Source of the DNA: an uncultured virus (IMG/VR IMGVR_UViG_3300012983_000042)
Lineage: Duplodnaviria; Heunggongvirae; Uroviricota; Caudoviricetes
Strand: one strand, 5' to 3'
Length of the DNA: 64,000 bases
IMG/VR virus record: IMGVR_UViG_3300012983_000042
Under the pieces are notes generated by a model. The model searched no databases and was not told the origin of the DNA. It was given only the letters and a program-made list of their open reading frames with translations. Of the stretch, positions 1 through 9,907 are shown one piece after another. Position 1 is the first letter of the stretch, and each line of letters starts with the position of its first letter. A program made the position numbers and the translations under genes.

Positions 1-2
1 GT

Positions 3-623
3 GACTGGAAGAAGTTTGCTGATATAAGAAAGCGGATTGAAACATTAGATGTTGTGTCAAAAGATGACGTGTTTCGACTTTTCAGCATTACAAACTCAGA
101 AGACCTCGGCATTTATCATATTACAAAAGAAGGTAAGTGGCAAGATTTCAGTACGAAGCTTTTGTGCAGAAAATGTTATGACAAAGTGAAGAACAGTCTT
201 TGCACAATAGATCACAACAAAAAAGAAGGCTGGAGAGTGAGAATATGTTCAATATCAAACCCAAATCATAGAACAGGTGGACTCAATAGCCTTGGAAAAC
301 TTTTGATTTTCAAAGATGGGATGAAAGATGGAAAGCCTTGGTACGAATATTTTGGAAAGAATAAGTGGAGCAAAACAACTCCTGAGATCACAGACTCTAT
401 AGAGTTTAGCAGTAAGGAAGAAGCCGAAAACTTCATTGACTCTGTTGAAAATACAAAGTTCGGACGTTGGTATGAAGGACATATCATTACAGATATGAAT
501 ATCTGTAATATGAACATTCTTTGGTTGCCCACATACACTCATCCCTGGACTGATGAAATGTTGTATGAGTACTTTTCCTTGACAGAGGAAGAAAAGAATA
601 TTATTGAAAAGGAGATAAAATAG
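3..623 (+). CDS. C-terminal part of an Eco57I-like/type II N6-DNA methyltransferase-related protein (partial, runs off the window start)
   Basis: Frame is open from position 3 (DWKKFADIRKRIETLDVVSK...). C-terminus LPTYTHPWTDEMLYEYFSLTEEEKNIIE resembles the end of Eco57I-like MTases. An MTase motif-I gene follows at 1014. Confidence 0.5.
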   Translation, partial: DWKKFADIRKRIETLDVVSKDDVFRLFSITNSEDLGIYHITKEGKWQDFSTKLLCRKCYDKVKNSLCTIDHNKKEGWRVRICSISNPNHRTGGLNSLGKLLIFKDGMKDGKPWYEYFGKNKWSKTTPEITDSIEFSSKEEAENFIDSVENTKFGRWYEGHIITDMNICNMNILWLPTYTHPWTDEMLYEYFSLTEEEKNIIEKEIK

Positions 624-624
624 A

Positions 625-711
625 ATGAAAAAGATTCTTGTAGTATTTATTATTATGGCCGCTTTAGCTATCGTGGCTGTTGTTAGAGATTGTTGTATGA
701 CACTATGTTAA
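625..711 (+). CDS. possible small hydrophobic peptide (28 aa)
   Basis: ATG at 625 after AAGGAG; MKKILVVFIIMAALAIVAVVRDCCMTLC; below the ORF-track size cutoff. Confidence 0.3.
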   Translation: MKKILVVFIIMAALAIVAVVRDCCMTLC

Positions 712-753
712 ATAAACTGTAAAATAAAACATATCACAAATTGAGACAGCACA

Positions 754-782
754 TTGAGTTTTTTCTGATGTGTTAATATAAT
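754..782 (+). promoter_or_regulatory. promoter: TTGAGT-N17-TATAAT containing the GTTAATAT class-2 motif
   Basis: TGTTAATATA at 771-780, upstream of the 796/1014 genes. Confidence 0.55.
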
Positions 783-795
783 ATCAGGATGTATT

Positions 796-1017
796 ATGCT
801 GGAAGATAAAGAAATTACTGATTGGTTAGAAGAAGTTTGTAAAGAAGAGCCTTATAAAAGTGCAAAGGACTTAAGCATTGTAATGCCGATGTCTTGTGGT
901 GAGATAATGGCGCTTAAAGATCCCGAGAAGTGGAAAGACAAAGAAGTTCATTTCTTTGGAAGCTCTTTTGTAGGCGAAGGAAAACTTTTCGCAAAAAATC
1001 TTGCGGAGGACAAATGA
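796..1017 (+). CDS. hypothetical protein
   Basis: 73-aa ORF after the promoter; ATGA overlap with the next gene. Confidence 0.6.
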   Translation: MLEDKEITDWLEEVCKEEPYKSAKDLSIVMPMSCGEIMALKDPEKWKDKEVHFFGSSFVGEGKLFAKNLAEDK

Positions 1018-1481
1018 CACTTACTAATGAACAGATTGAAAACATCAAAAATGAGTTCAGTCAGTGGAAAGATAAGATGTATGCTAATAAGACATTAGCC
1101 GAGCGGCAAGACTTCGGACAGTTCTTTACGCCTCCTTCATTGACAATCAAAATGCTTGAAAAGTTCCAAGACCTTGAAGGCTCCATTCTTGATCCTACTT
1201 GCGGCGCAGGAAATCTTATCGCAGCAGCTATTATGGCAGGAGCGGACCCTAAGCTTGTCTATGGAATAGAACTTGACCCTGACATTCTTGAGATTGCGAG
1301 AAGTCGTCTTCAACTTCTCGGAGTTCCTAAGATCAACTTACATCAAGGCAATGCTCTTTACGAAGAGTGTTACGACTTCAGTGAAACTTATGACTATGCA
1401 AAAGCAGTTGCAGAAGCTGAAAAGCGGCTTGCTGCACCACAACTTCCTACCACAGGATTTGCTAATTTTTTCAAAAAATAA
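1014..1481 (+). CDS. stand-alone SAM-binding half of an N6-adenine DNA methyltransferase
   Basis: GQFFTP (motif X), ILDPTCGAGNL (motif I), YGIELD, GNAL; no NPPY/DPPY catalytic motif. Start moved to ATG 1014 (GGAGG SD). Confidence 0.8.
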   Translation: MTLTNEQIENIKNEFSQWKDKMYANKTLAERQDFGQFFTPPSLTIKMLEKFQDLEGSILDPTCGAGNLIAAAIMAGADPKLVYGIELDPDILEIARSRLQLLGVPKINLHQGNALYEECYDFSETYDYAKAVAEAEKRLAAPQLPTTGFANFFKK

Positions 1482-1510
1482 TTGAACTTCTTCTAAAAAT
1501 CTTTTATATT
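1482..1510 (+). promoter_or_regulatory. class-1 (early, sigma70-like) promoter
   Basis: TTGAAC-N17-TATATT; one of 5 near-identical copies. Confidence 0.8.
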
Positions 1511-1530
1511 ATTTTTGTATGGAGGATATT

Positions 1531-3486
1531 ATGGAAGAATTAGAACTACAATCAAAAAGACAAGAACTTATAGATAGAATTCCTCTACTTGACCCAATTC
1601 ACAGCCCAAACTATGATGAAGTTATGGAACAGATGAATACTTTAGTTTGGGAAGAAATGGAAGATCCTATGACATCTGCACCTGGAGCTTCTTGCAAGAC
1701 TGCTTCAGGTATTTACCATATCTTTGCAACAGATGCTGCTAATGGCCTCGCTAAAGAACAACTTATGATGCACGAAGCCGGCCACTGTGTACTACAACAC
1801 TTTAAAGACAATTGGTACAAGAACGAACAAGCAGCTCGCCAAATCAAATCAAAATGGCCAAAATTCCGCGAACATATTGATGTTGAAGGAAATGAAGAAG
1901 ATGAACTCTCAGACAGCTTCATTCATATGATCCGCAACATTACACAGGATATGGAAATCAACGGAAAGTACTGGCCTGATGAAAACGACTGGGAAGAAGT
2001 TAGACAAAGAATCTCTGATGCTTCTTTAGTTCGTTTCATCGAACACGCAAATGAAAATCAACTTACTTCAATAGAAAAGTGGATGGATGAGAAACCTGAA
2101 GAAATCCACCAATTCGCAAAAGGCGTTTACCCTGCTGACTTCGGCTTCCCTAACGGATTGACTTGGATGGGGTATCTCCATCTTATTCTAACTCAACCAA
2201 ATGAGTTTATGGAAAATCTCAACAAACAAGTTGATGAAATGCAAAGACAGCAAGCTGAACAGCAACAAGGACAACAAGTTCAAAGTGGACAGAGCGGCCA
2301 ATCAGGACAGAGCGGTCAGTCAGGTCAAGGTGGCCAATCAGGACAAGGCGGACAAGAAGACGGTCAAGGCGAAGGCGGCTTGCAAGATGACCCAACTTCA
2401 ATCTTCGACCACTACTCAGAAGATGGTGAAGGCGGAGATGGAAACAAAAGCAAACAAGGAAAAGGCAGCAAGTCAAAAGGCAACAGCTCTGGAAGCGGTG
2501 AAGGAGACGGTGAAGGAGAAGACGGAGCCGATAAAGACGTAAAAGGAAAAGGAAAAGAAGGCGACAAAGACGGTGAAGACCAAAACGGTAAAGGCGGAAA
2601 GTCAAAAGTAAAAGGTGATGGCAAAGGAAAGCCACAACAAGGAAACGGGAATGATGGTGGCGATAAGATAAAAGCTTCAATCATCAAAGCTGGTGCAAAG
2701 AACGGTGATAAAGGTAACGAAGTTGCTCAAGCAGCTGCACAAGCTGCAGAAGATAGAAGAAATGCAGAAGGTCAACAAGGCGGACAAGTTGTTGCAGGCT
2801 GCAAAGGAAACGAAGTTGATGACTCTGATGACTGGAGTATGCCAGGTGATGGAGAGTCAACAAACTTAGTTGATGCAACTCCTACAATGAGACTTGACCG
2901 TTCAGTTCTTAAGTTCATCGAGAAAAACTGTATCGGAAAAACTGTTCAAAGAGACCGTCAGGACCCACTTTACAACTACAACAGAGGTAAAACCTCAGGC
3001 GGTGTAATGAGAACAAGAATTACCACAGTTGAAGAATATCGTCCTGGAAATCTTGTTGCTTTGATTGATGTTTCAGGCTCTGTAGATATTGAACTTGTAA
3101 AAGCGCTTCTTTCTGAAGTTCTTAAATACAAATCAAAGTTTGGAGTTAAATCAAGAATCATCTTGTGGGACACTCACTTAGTTGATGACCTCCCATTGAA
3201 AAGATCAAATCTTGAAGCAATTTGCTGTGGTGGTGGAACAACAATCGCTAGTGGAATCCGTTATGCAAGAAACAAATACTTGAAGTCTGAACAAGATAAA
3301 CTTTGCGTAATCTCCGACTTTGAAGATTACTTATCAGACTGGGCAGATGAACTTGCAGAAGTCAAAGGTGATACTTTTGCGATCTGCTGGGGTGGCTACA
3401 ATGGTGGTGATGAACTAATTCGTTGTGCAACATCAAAGAAAGCTGAAATTGCTGCTCGCAAAATGAAAGTTATAAATGTAAAATAA
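1531..3486 (+). CDS. DUF2201-like metallopeptidase + vWA domain protein with a G/Q/K-rich disordered linker
   Basis: HEAGH (HExxH), later QDMEIN, MIDAS DVSGS, GGGT, ISD; GGAGG SD before ATG 1531. Confidence 0.8.
   Translation: MEELELQSKRQELIDRIPLLDPIHSPNYDEVMEQMNTLVWEEMEDPMTSAPGASCKTASGIYHIFATDAANGLAKEQLMMHEAGHCVLQHFKDNWYKNEQAARQIKSKWPKFREHIDVEGNEEDELSDSFIHMIRNITQDMEINGKYWPDENDWEEVRQRISDASLVRFIEHANENQLTSIEKWMDEKPEEIHQFAKGVYPADFGFPNGLTWMGYLHLILTQPNEFMENLNKQVDEMQRQQAEQQQGQQVQSGQSGQSGQSGQSGQGGQSGQGGQEDGQGEGGLQDDPTSIFDHYSEDGEGGDGNKSKQGKGSKSKGNSSGSGEGDGEGEDGADKDVKGKGKEGDKDGEDQNGKGGKSKVKGDGKGKPQQGNGNDGGDKIKASIIKAGAKNGDKGNEVAQAAAQAAEDRRNAEGQQGGQVVAGCKGNEVDDSDDWSMPGDGESTNLVDATPTMRLDRSVLKFIEKNCIGKTVQRDRQDPLYNYNRGKTSGGVMRTRITTVEEYRPGNLVALIDVSGSVDIELVKALLSEVLKYKSKFGVKSRIILWDTHLVDDLPLKRSNLEAICCGGGTTIASGIRYARNKYLKSEQDKLCVISDFEDYLSDWADELAEVKGDTFAICWGGYNGGDELIRCATSKKAEIAARKMKVINVK
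2287..2358 (+). repeat. degenerate in-frame 9-nt tandem repeat encoding (GQS/GQG)n
   Basis: ggacagagc ggccaatca ggacagagc ggtcagtca ggtcaaggt ggccaatca ggacaaggc. Confidence 0.8.
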
Positions 3487-3491
3487 AATCT

Positions 3492-3526
3492 CAGGTGAGA
3501 AACGAAAAAGTTCTCACCTGTTCTTT
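3492..3526 (+). terminator. hairpin/intrinsic terminator
   Basis: CAGGTGAGAA...TTCTCACCTG followed by TTCTTT. Confidence 0.55.
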
Positions 3527-3538
3527 AAGGAGTTTAAT

Positions 3539-3826
3539 ATGATGGAATCTGAAGTAAGGGACTTGTCTGATGACGCTCTCATCAATCAAGCATTAAAGTC
3601 GGGAATGAACGAATTACAAAATATGGTAAAGAGAGGCTGCAATGTACCAATGAGTGAGTTTGCTAAACTTTTGATTTGGGCAAAAGAAGAAAGACAAGCA
3701 CGCTTTGCTAAAGAACTTGAAAAGTCAAAAAGAGAAGGATGGAAAATTGTTGAACATCGCTGGTGCGGCGTACCAATCAACGAATTTGAAATCCCAAGCT
3801 TAGGGATTTATAAACAAAATAGATAA
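3539..3826 (+). CDS. hypothetical protein
   Basis: AAGGAG SD, 95 aa. Confidence 0.7.
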   Translation: MMESEVRDLSDDALINQALKSGMNELQNMVKRGCNVPMSEFAKLLIWAKEERQARFAKELEKSKREGWKIVEHRWCGVPINEFEIPSLGIYKQNR

Positions 3827-3836
3827 TTAAAAAGTT

Positions 3837-3865
3837 AGGGGAGCAACACGCTCCCCTTTTTATTT
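3837..3865. terminator. intrinsic terminator between convergent genes
   Basis: AGGGGAGC-AACAC-GCTCCCCT + T tract. Confidence 0.8.
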
Positions 3866-3880
3866 ATAAGCTTTTATTGC

Positions 3881-6016
3881 TTATCCCCATTCTCCGCCAT
3901 CAATAGCTGAATCTTCATCAAGTACAACGCGGATGAACTCATCGTGTGTACGATTTAATTGTGATTCTGAGTTGATGTTTTCATCATCGTGGTCAAATAA
4001 GCGAGTGATTGTGCTTTTATCTTTTACATACTTAAACAATTCACTTAAGTTGTCAAAATTGATGTCAAAGTTTTCACCAAGACGAACTGTTCTTTTACCT
4101 GAAATAGGATCTTCAAATTGAGAGATTGCAGAGTCGATTAAAGCTCCGTTCTCATCAAACTTTGGAACAACGTCTTTTGTACCATCGCCTTCACCAATAA
4201 CTTGAAGCATACCACTTTTGTTAGGTAGCTCAACTACAACTTCTGTGTCATCAGCTTTCTTACCAACGATTTCTGTGTTGTGTGCTTCACCTTCAGGCTT
4301 ATACTTTGATGAATGTTTTGTGTCATTTACGAACAAATCTGAAGCAACTAAGGACTTACCAGGAGCAGCTTGTGGGATGTTGTGTGAAGGAAGCGCTTCA
4401 TTCTCAAGTACTGTATTAGGAGAAAGAACTCTAATTGAGTGTGTAGCTGGGTCTGTTTCAACTTTAGTTTCTTGAACTTCAACTTCTGTAGCTGTACCAT
4501 CAGCATCAAAGCTTTTAGTTATAGTTCTTTCTTTATCAACAATCTCAACTGAGCCAAGAATACCATTTACAGAGTCAACAGCTGCTGAAGAATCCAAGTG
4601 GTCGAACACATAGCCATCTTCTGATGCAGAGTTTATAATAACGTGGTCGCCATTACTTACTTTAAAAAGTTCTTCACCAGTAGCATCATCAGTGATAACA
4701 ACTTGTCTTGAAAGTTGATGGTCTTCACCCTCAACAGTAGCTAATGGGATTGAGATGATTGTATAGTCACCTGAGTCAAGATTCTCATAAGCGTACGCTT
4801 TTTCATTTCCTTTTTCGTCATCAGTGTCTTTTTCCCAAGAATCACTACCATCTTTTGCTGTACGCATTAAAGCAGCTAATTCTGAAGCAGTTAATGTTGT
4901 TGTGTCATTCCCAATAATAACTGTTCCGACATATTGAAGAGCACCAATTAAAGTTGATGGCATCTGTGAAAGTGGAAGTTTACCTTGAGAGTTTAAATCC
5001 GCTTTATTTTGAGTTAAGTAGTCTAAAGCGTGTTGTACTGTTGAGATCTGATTAAAAGTAAGACGTACAGGTTCGCCATTTGCTTGTACAGAGTCAAACT
5101 CTGGGACTGTTTCATCAGTTCTAAGTGAACCTACCGGAGAATATACGTTGTCACGAGCTTCGGATGACCCAAGCGGAATTGTATAAATTGTACCTGCATT
5201 ATTTACAATTAAAGTGTTTGTTCTAATTGTAACATCACCATCAACAGTTTCAACATTTTTAGTAGGACCTGAGTATACAATAGACTGGCCCATAAGCAAC
5301 TGTTTCTTTTTAGCAATGATTGCCCAAACGTTATCGAATTTAGTTGCTGGTGTATAGTTGTCGCCTTCTTCAAGGCCATCTGTTGATGTAACATCAGTTT
5401 CGGTAAAAGAACCAATGTACTCCATCTTTTCATTGAAAAGTGTGTCAATAGCTGTTTGAACATCAGTGATATTTGCATAATTCGCAGCTTCTGCAAGAGA
5501 TGGATCATACTCAAGGTCAACTGCTTCAGACGTACCAGCTAATGTGATGATGCCTCTTGAACCTTCAGGATTTCCCGCTTCTGGAAGTGAATATGAATTT
5601 GGGATACCCTCAACATTTTCACTTGTAAAAATAATAACTTGTCCATTTTTGAAAAAGTCATCATATACTCTTGTACTAGTCTTGTCTCTTACAACGTTTC
5701 CTTGATTATCAAATCTAACTTCAGGTTGAATAACAGAAATTCTTCCTGTAACGATGTAAGCGTCACCTGGCTCAGCAGTATTACAAATTCTTCCAAAGTT
5801 TTCTGAGTCGATTGTTCCTTTAAGAACAATTGAGTCAAATCCACCAAAGCGTTTAAGTTCGATTCCGTCTTCTGCTTCAGCATTTGGAGCTGCGATGTAA
5901 ACGCCTCCGGTGTTCTTATCATAGAACATTTCACCATAAGAAGGCTGTGCTTGCTCTAGCCATTTAGCACGAGTACCACGAGCAATCTTAATGTTATTAT
6001 AGTGTTTAATAGCCAT
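3881..6016 (-). CDS. virion fibre-like protein with an Mtd_N-like N-terminus
   Basis: N-term IKIARGTRAKW...YGEMFYDKNTG; KADLNSQGKLPLSQMP module; C-term IDGGEWG; paralogous to neighbours. Confidence 0.65.
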   Translation of the reverse strand: MAIKHYNNIKIARGTRAKWLEQAQPSYGEMFYDKNTGGVYIAAPNAEAEDGIELKRFGGFDSIVLKGTIDSENFGRICNTAEPGDAYIVTGRISVIQPEVRFDNQGNVVRDKTSTRVYDDFFKNGQVIIFTSENVEGIPNSYSLPEAGNPEGSRGIITLAGTSEAVDLEYDPSLAEAANYANITDVQTAIDTLFNEKMEYIGSFTETDVTSTDGLEEGDNYTPATKFDNVWAIIAKKKQLLMGQSIVYSGPTKNVETVDGDVTIRTNTLIVNNAGTIYTIPLGSSEARDNVYSPVGSLRTDETVPEFDSVQANGEPVRLTFNQISTVQHALDYLTQNKADLNSQGKLPLSQMPSTLIGALQYVGTVIIGNDTTTLTASELAALMRTAKDGSDSWEKDTDDEKGNEKAYAYENLDSGDYTIISIPLATVEGEDHQLSRQVVITDDATGEELFKVSNGDHVIINSASEDGYVFDHLDSSAAVDSVNGILGSVEIVDKERTITKSFDADGTATEVEVQETKVETDPATHSIRVLSPNTVLENEALPSHNIPQAAPGKSLVASDLFVNDTKHSSKYKPEGEAHNTEIVGKKADDTEVVVELPNKSGMLQVIGEGDGTKDVVPKFDENGALIDSAISQFEDPISGKRTVRLGENFDINFDNLSELFKYVKDKSTITRLFDHDDENINSESQLNRTHDEFIRVVLDEDSAIDGGEWG

Positions 6017-6056
6017 TTTATTCCTCTTATAAAATTAGTATAATGTTTTATATTCT

Positions 6057-9041
6057 TTACCAGACACCACCTGAGATGACAGAGTTGCTTGTAAGCATTA
6101 CACCGCTCTCATTTGGCATATCAACTACAACGTCTACAGGAACAGTAGGCTCACCAGTGACTGGGTCATAGTACTGCTCTGCATCTGGAAAGTTTTGTCT
6201 TGCTGCTTGTATAGTTCCTGTACCATAGTCAGGATCAGAGACACCAAGTGAACGAGTTGCGAACACCGACTTCTTCTCTTTCAATGTTCCATCTTCGTTG
6301 AACACCCCAGCAATCAAATCATTTTCTATAACAGTATCTGCAACTTTTACATCAGTTGTTGGCTTGAATGTTCCATCATCTTTAGATGGTGCAAGTTCAT
6401 CAGCTGTTGCTTCTGCTATGATTTGCTGCTGCATCGCTTTCTCTTCATTAGCTTCTCTTTCCATCTTTGAAGCTAACAAACGAGTACGAAGAGCATTTTG
6501 GATTTGTCTTATTGGCGACCTCTGCAAAGTGTTCATTCTATGGCCGCTGTCAAATGTTGTAGAGTTACCAAACATAGTTAGGTAAGTATCATCATCTTGA
6601 CTTGTCAACTGTTGAACAAACTCTTCTGTAATTAGCGTGCCGCTTCTTGTAGGCAACATTACGGTGATGTTACTGTTTACTTGATGAGTGTTCTTTACAA
6701 GTCGTGCACTAAAGAACTCTTTAGACCATTTTCTTGCAAACTTTCCACTTTCATCGAAGTCATCATTGTCATAGTAAGCGCCTTCTTCTGTAGTGTTCCA
6801 ATCGCCAAAATAGTACTCATAAGAGTTTTGGACTGGAGCAGACAATTGAGAGTGGAACTCAACTATGTTGTGAATGCTGTCGTGGTAGTTGGTATTTGAG
6901 TCTTCAGCATTTATATGTTCTTCAATAGATGTACTTTCAGCGTATCCTTCAGCTGTTGACTTAAGAAGACGTGTTTCTTCAAACTCAACACCAGCAAGCT
7001 TACCAACTAAAGTTGATGTATGTTCAGGTAGAATAATGTTTGTGATTACATCAGGTATGTCTTCATCAACACCATAGCCTAAGTCACTTGTTAGTCCGCT
7101 TGGAGCAACCAAACTTACTGTGCGTCGTTTGATAGTGCCATCTTCACCTGCAGCGTCAACATCAAATTGGAAAATAGACTTTTCCCAAGTAATCTTATCA
7201 AGAGTTGTTGTGATGTGAGGTGCGAGTGTGATGTTTCCATAAACTTTTTGATGTCTTACTTCGTTGATGTCACCAACTTGAAGATTAGAGTGTATAAGTG
7301 TAACATTGTCTGTTGTTATATCTTTAACGTGGTCAGTTCTTTCATTGTTTGGAAGCTTATCATACTGGCCACCCTTTTCTTCAATGAATGAGTTCTTTAC
7401 AGTACCCGTCTCGTTATCGTATCTAACAAGGAAGTTGGGTAAAGGATTTTCATATTGAAGTTGGTCAATAAGTCCGCGTCCTGTGATAGCAACTGTGTTA
7501 TTGCCAAGATTTTCAATACCAATTTTATTTTGTCCAACAATACGAGGTGTTCCTACTAATGTTAGGATGCTTTCATCTACAGCGCGTGTAACGAAAAAGT
7601 TGTTGCGATTATTCACATCAATCTTGAATTGCATTGCAGAAAGGCGATCAGTGTTGTCGATTTTACTCCAGAAGCCTTGTGTATGAATCATTCCTGGAGA
7701 AACAGTGTCTTCTACATCAGATGATTGCCAAACAATCCAATCTCCTGTGTTCAACTCAACATCTGCGCCAAAGAAGTTGTACTGAAGATTGATTATATCC
7801 GATTGTGTTTGAACAACATAGTAATCTCCGTCATTAAGTCCTTGGTATGTAAAGGATGTTGTGTCACCATCAGTATATTCTTTCAACATTGGTAAAGGAT
7901 TTATAATTGACTCTTTACCTTCTTTAACATATTGCTTTCCATCAATAGTATCAATGCATTCTTCAAGCTTAACATCGTTTACTAAAGGATTCCAAACACC
8001 GCGGAACTGTAATGCGCCAAGTACTGTGTCGTGTAATTGACTTAATGGGATTTTACCTTGCTCATCAAGTTGAGCTTTTTCCGCCATTAAGAAATCAAGC
8101 ATATCACGAACAGTGCCGCTGCTTTCTTTGAAGTGTGTTTTGTGATCTTCATTGAAAGTTGTAAAAAGTCGGCTTATGTAAAGGTCAATGTCATCATCGT
8201 GATCATAGTAGTCAATTTCATCAGCGTTAGTATAGCCGCTTGGAACTTGAATCCAATAACCTGATGTTGGGTCAGTGTTTACAGGCTGTCTCCAAATGAC
8301 AAAGTCACCTTTGTCTGGTGAAAACTCTTTCTCAGGGTCACCTGCATTGAATGTAAGTTGATCTACTGTGACAAGATAGAGACCATTTATTAAAACTTTT
8401 GGGTATACTGGGATTTGTGCATTTGAGCCAATTTGTCCACAGTACTCAATCTTTTCAGCATTAAGTTCAAGTAAAGCATCTTGTACATTAGTTGCATCGA
8501 AGCCATACCACTTATCGCCGTCTTCCATCCCATTTTGAGTAAAGTAAACATCATCAGCATAACCGCCAGAAGCATTGATTCTTTTGTACTTAATCAATGA
8601 CTGATTTATGATTTCTCCTGTATGAGGAGACTTATTATTTTCACCTATATCGAGAATAAGTAAGAGGTCGTCTTTTCGGAAGTCATCTACATTATGAAAC
8701 TGTCCTTCTTTAGCATCATTTGAAAAGATGTAAAGATCACCAACGCAAGCGTGTTTGAAAATAGGGTCTACTATAGATGTCTCTTCTGATAAAAAGCCTC
8801 TTGAAACAACTGAAAAGTATGTTCTTGCTCCTGCAATAGGAATTGGCTTTTCAGCAGTTTTCTTCATATTCAAAGATGGACGACCTATGTATAAAGTTCC
8901 TTCGTCCCATTTTGTATATGAATCATCTTTATTGTTATCATCAGAGGTCCTTGCTTGCCAAAATAATTCAGCAGGTACTAAAGGCTTTTCACTTTGTTTT
9001 CCTGCTAAGTCACCTCTTGCTACTTGAATTTTTGCTGCCAT
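6057..9041 (-). CDS. virion fibre-like protein
   Basis: N-term KIQVARG; DATNVQDAL; KAQLDEQGKIPLSQL...GALQFRGVWNP; P..SG.L shaft-like repeats; C-term ISGGVW. Confidence 0.65.
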   Translation of the reverse strand: MAAKIQVARGDLAGKQSEKPLVPAELFWQARTSDDNNKDDSYTKWDEGTLYIGRPSLNMKKTAEKPIPIAGARTYFSVVSRGFLSEETSIVDPIFKHACVGDLYIFSNDAKEGQFHNVDDFRKDDLLLILDIGENNKSPHTGEIINQSLIKYKRINASGGYADDVYFTQNGMEDGDKWYGFDATNVQDALLELNAEKIEYCGQIGSNAQIPVYPKVLINGLYLVTVDQLTFNAGDPEKEFSPDKGDFVIWRQPVNTDPTSGYWIQVPSGYTNADEIDYYDHDDDIDLYISRLFTTFNEDHKTHFKESSGTVRDMLDFLMAEKAQLDEQGKIPLSQLHDTVLGALQFRGVWNPLVNDVKLEECIDTIDGKQYVKEGKESIINPLPMLKEYTDGDTTSFTYQGLNDGDYYVVQTQSDIINLQYNFFGADVELNTGDWIVWQSSDVEDTVSPGMIHTQGFWSKIDNTDRLSAMQFKIDVNNRNNFFVTRAVDESILTLVGTPRIVGQNKIGIENLGNNTVAITGRGLIDQLQYENPLPNFLVRYDNETGTVKNSFIEEKGGQYDKLPNNERTDHVKDITTDNVTLIHSNLQVGDINEVRHQKVYGNITLAPHITTTLDKITWEKSIFQFDVDAAGEDGTIKRRTVSLVAPSGLTSDLGYGVDEDIPDVITNIILPEHTSTLVGKLAGVEFEETRLLKSTAEGYAESTSIEEHINAEDSNTNYHDSIHNIVEFHSQLSAPVQNSYEYYFGDWNTTEEGAYYDNDDFDESGKFARKWSKEFFSARLVKNTHQVNSNITVMLPTRSGTLITEEFVQQLTSQDDDTYLTMFGNSTTFDSGHRMNTLQRSPIRQIQNALRTRLLASKMEREANEEKAMQQQIIAEATADELAPSKDDGTFKPTTDVKVADTVIENDLIAGVFNEDGTLKEKKSVFATRSLGVSDPDYGTGTIQAARQNFPDAEQYYDPVTGEPTVPVDVVVDMPNESGVMLTSNSVISGGVW

Positions 9042-9058
9042 TATGTCCTCTTAGATAA

Positions 9059-9907
9059 TTAGTTCTTTCTAACGGTACCATCAGGTAGCCAAGCTCCGCC
9101 GTTGTGCCATCCAATGTTCCAATCAATTTCTTGATAATTTTCTTGGAGCATAACCACACCAAAGTTTTTATTTAGCGATGTTGACTTACCATCATCATCA
9201 AGAACTAAGTTAGTATCATTATAAAACTCTGAAGGTTTTGGCATAACATAGATGGTGTTGCCTTCGAAGCCTTCAAGCTTTATAGTTGCTGTCTTATTGT
9301 CATTCGTTGCATCTTTAAAATGCTTTATATCATCTCTAAATGGCAGGTCAAGTCCGCCGTAAGAATCTTGTTCATTATCATTAGACCCCATAAAGCCGAA
9401 GCGGCCTACATACTTATAGAATGTTATGTAAAAAGTTTCTTCAGGACTAATCGCTTCAACGAAGTTAGTGTTTCTAAAGAAAAGATGTCCTGTTGCAACA
9501 TCTATAAGCGGATCACCAAGACCATAAGCGAGTTCACCATCTTTTGAGTAAATTGTGTACTGCCAACTTTTCTTCTTATCAGTTGGGTCGTTGTCAAACT
9601 CTCTACCAATTAGATTCTTTAACTCTTCATTAAAGTAAACATTCTTTGTTCCTTTTACTTTTGTAAGAGGCAGTCTACTTATCTTTTGTATAAGCGGATT
9701 AGCTGTTTGCCCATCATTGAAGTATGATGTTTGAACTACTAATCCATTCACAAGCTCAGGTGACTTAAAGTTAGCGTCATCGGGAGATCCTGGGATAAGA
9801 GCACCATCTCTCCAGATCTGCTGAGGAAGAATGTGTTGGCCTAATGTAGGCTGCTCTTCAATGTTTAATCTTTTGTCTTCAACATTAGATGTGTACTTCT
9901 TATCCAT
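9059..9907 (-). CDS. virion protein (fibre anchor/adaptor-like)
   Basis: Shares the AYGLGD..ID...G.L.F...FYKYVG domain with the 9907 and 55412 ORFs; near-C-terminal NGGAW. Confidence 0.55.
   Translation of the reverse strand: MDKKYTSNVEDKRLNIEEQPTLGQHILPQQIWRDGALIPGSPDDANFKSPELVNGLVVQTSYFNDGQTANPLIQKISRLPLTKVKGTKNVYFNEELKNLIGREFDNDPTDKKKSWQYTIYSKDGELAYGLGDPLIDVATGHLFFRNTNFVEAISPEETFYITFYKYVGRFGFMGSNDNEQDSYGGLDLPFRDDIKHFKDATNDNKTATIKLEGFEGNTIYVMPKPSEFYNDTNLVLDDDGKSTSLNKNFGVVMLQENYQEIDWNIGWHNGGAWLPDGTVRKN

Noticed and set aside
930..1013. Extended N-termini from the ORF track (930, 15933, 26857, 49655, 53564)
   Set aside because: Downstream starts have SD sequences and lie after promoter motifs; the extensions overlap other genes or promoters
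2201..2878. Overlapping alternative-frame/antisense ORFs (also those inside the large structural genes)
   Set aside because: Shadows of low-complexity or codon-biased coding sequence; no SD or motifs
3881..9041. Diversity-generating retroelement suggested by the Mtd_N-like domains
   Set aside because: No reverse transcriptase, C-type lectin C-terminus or TR/VR pair differing at adenines was seen
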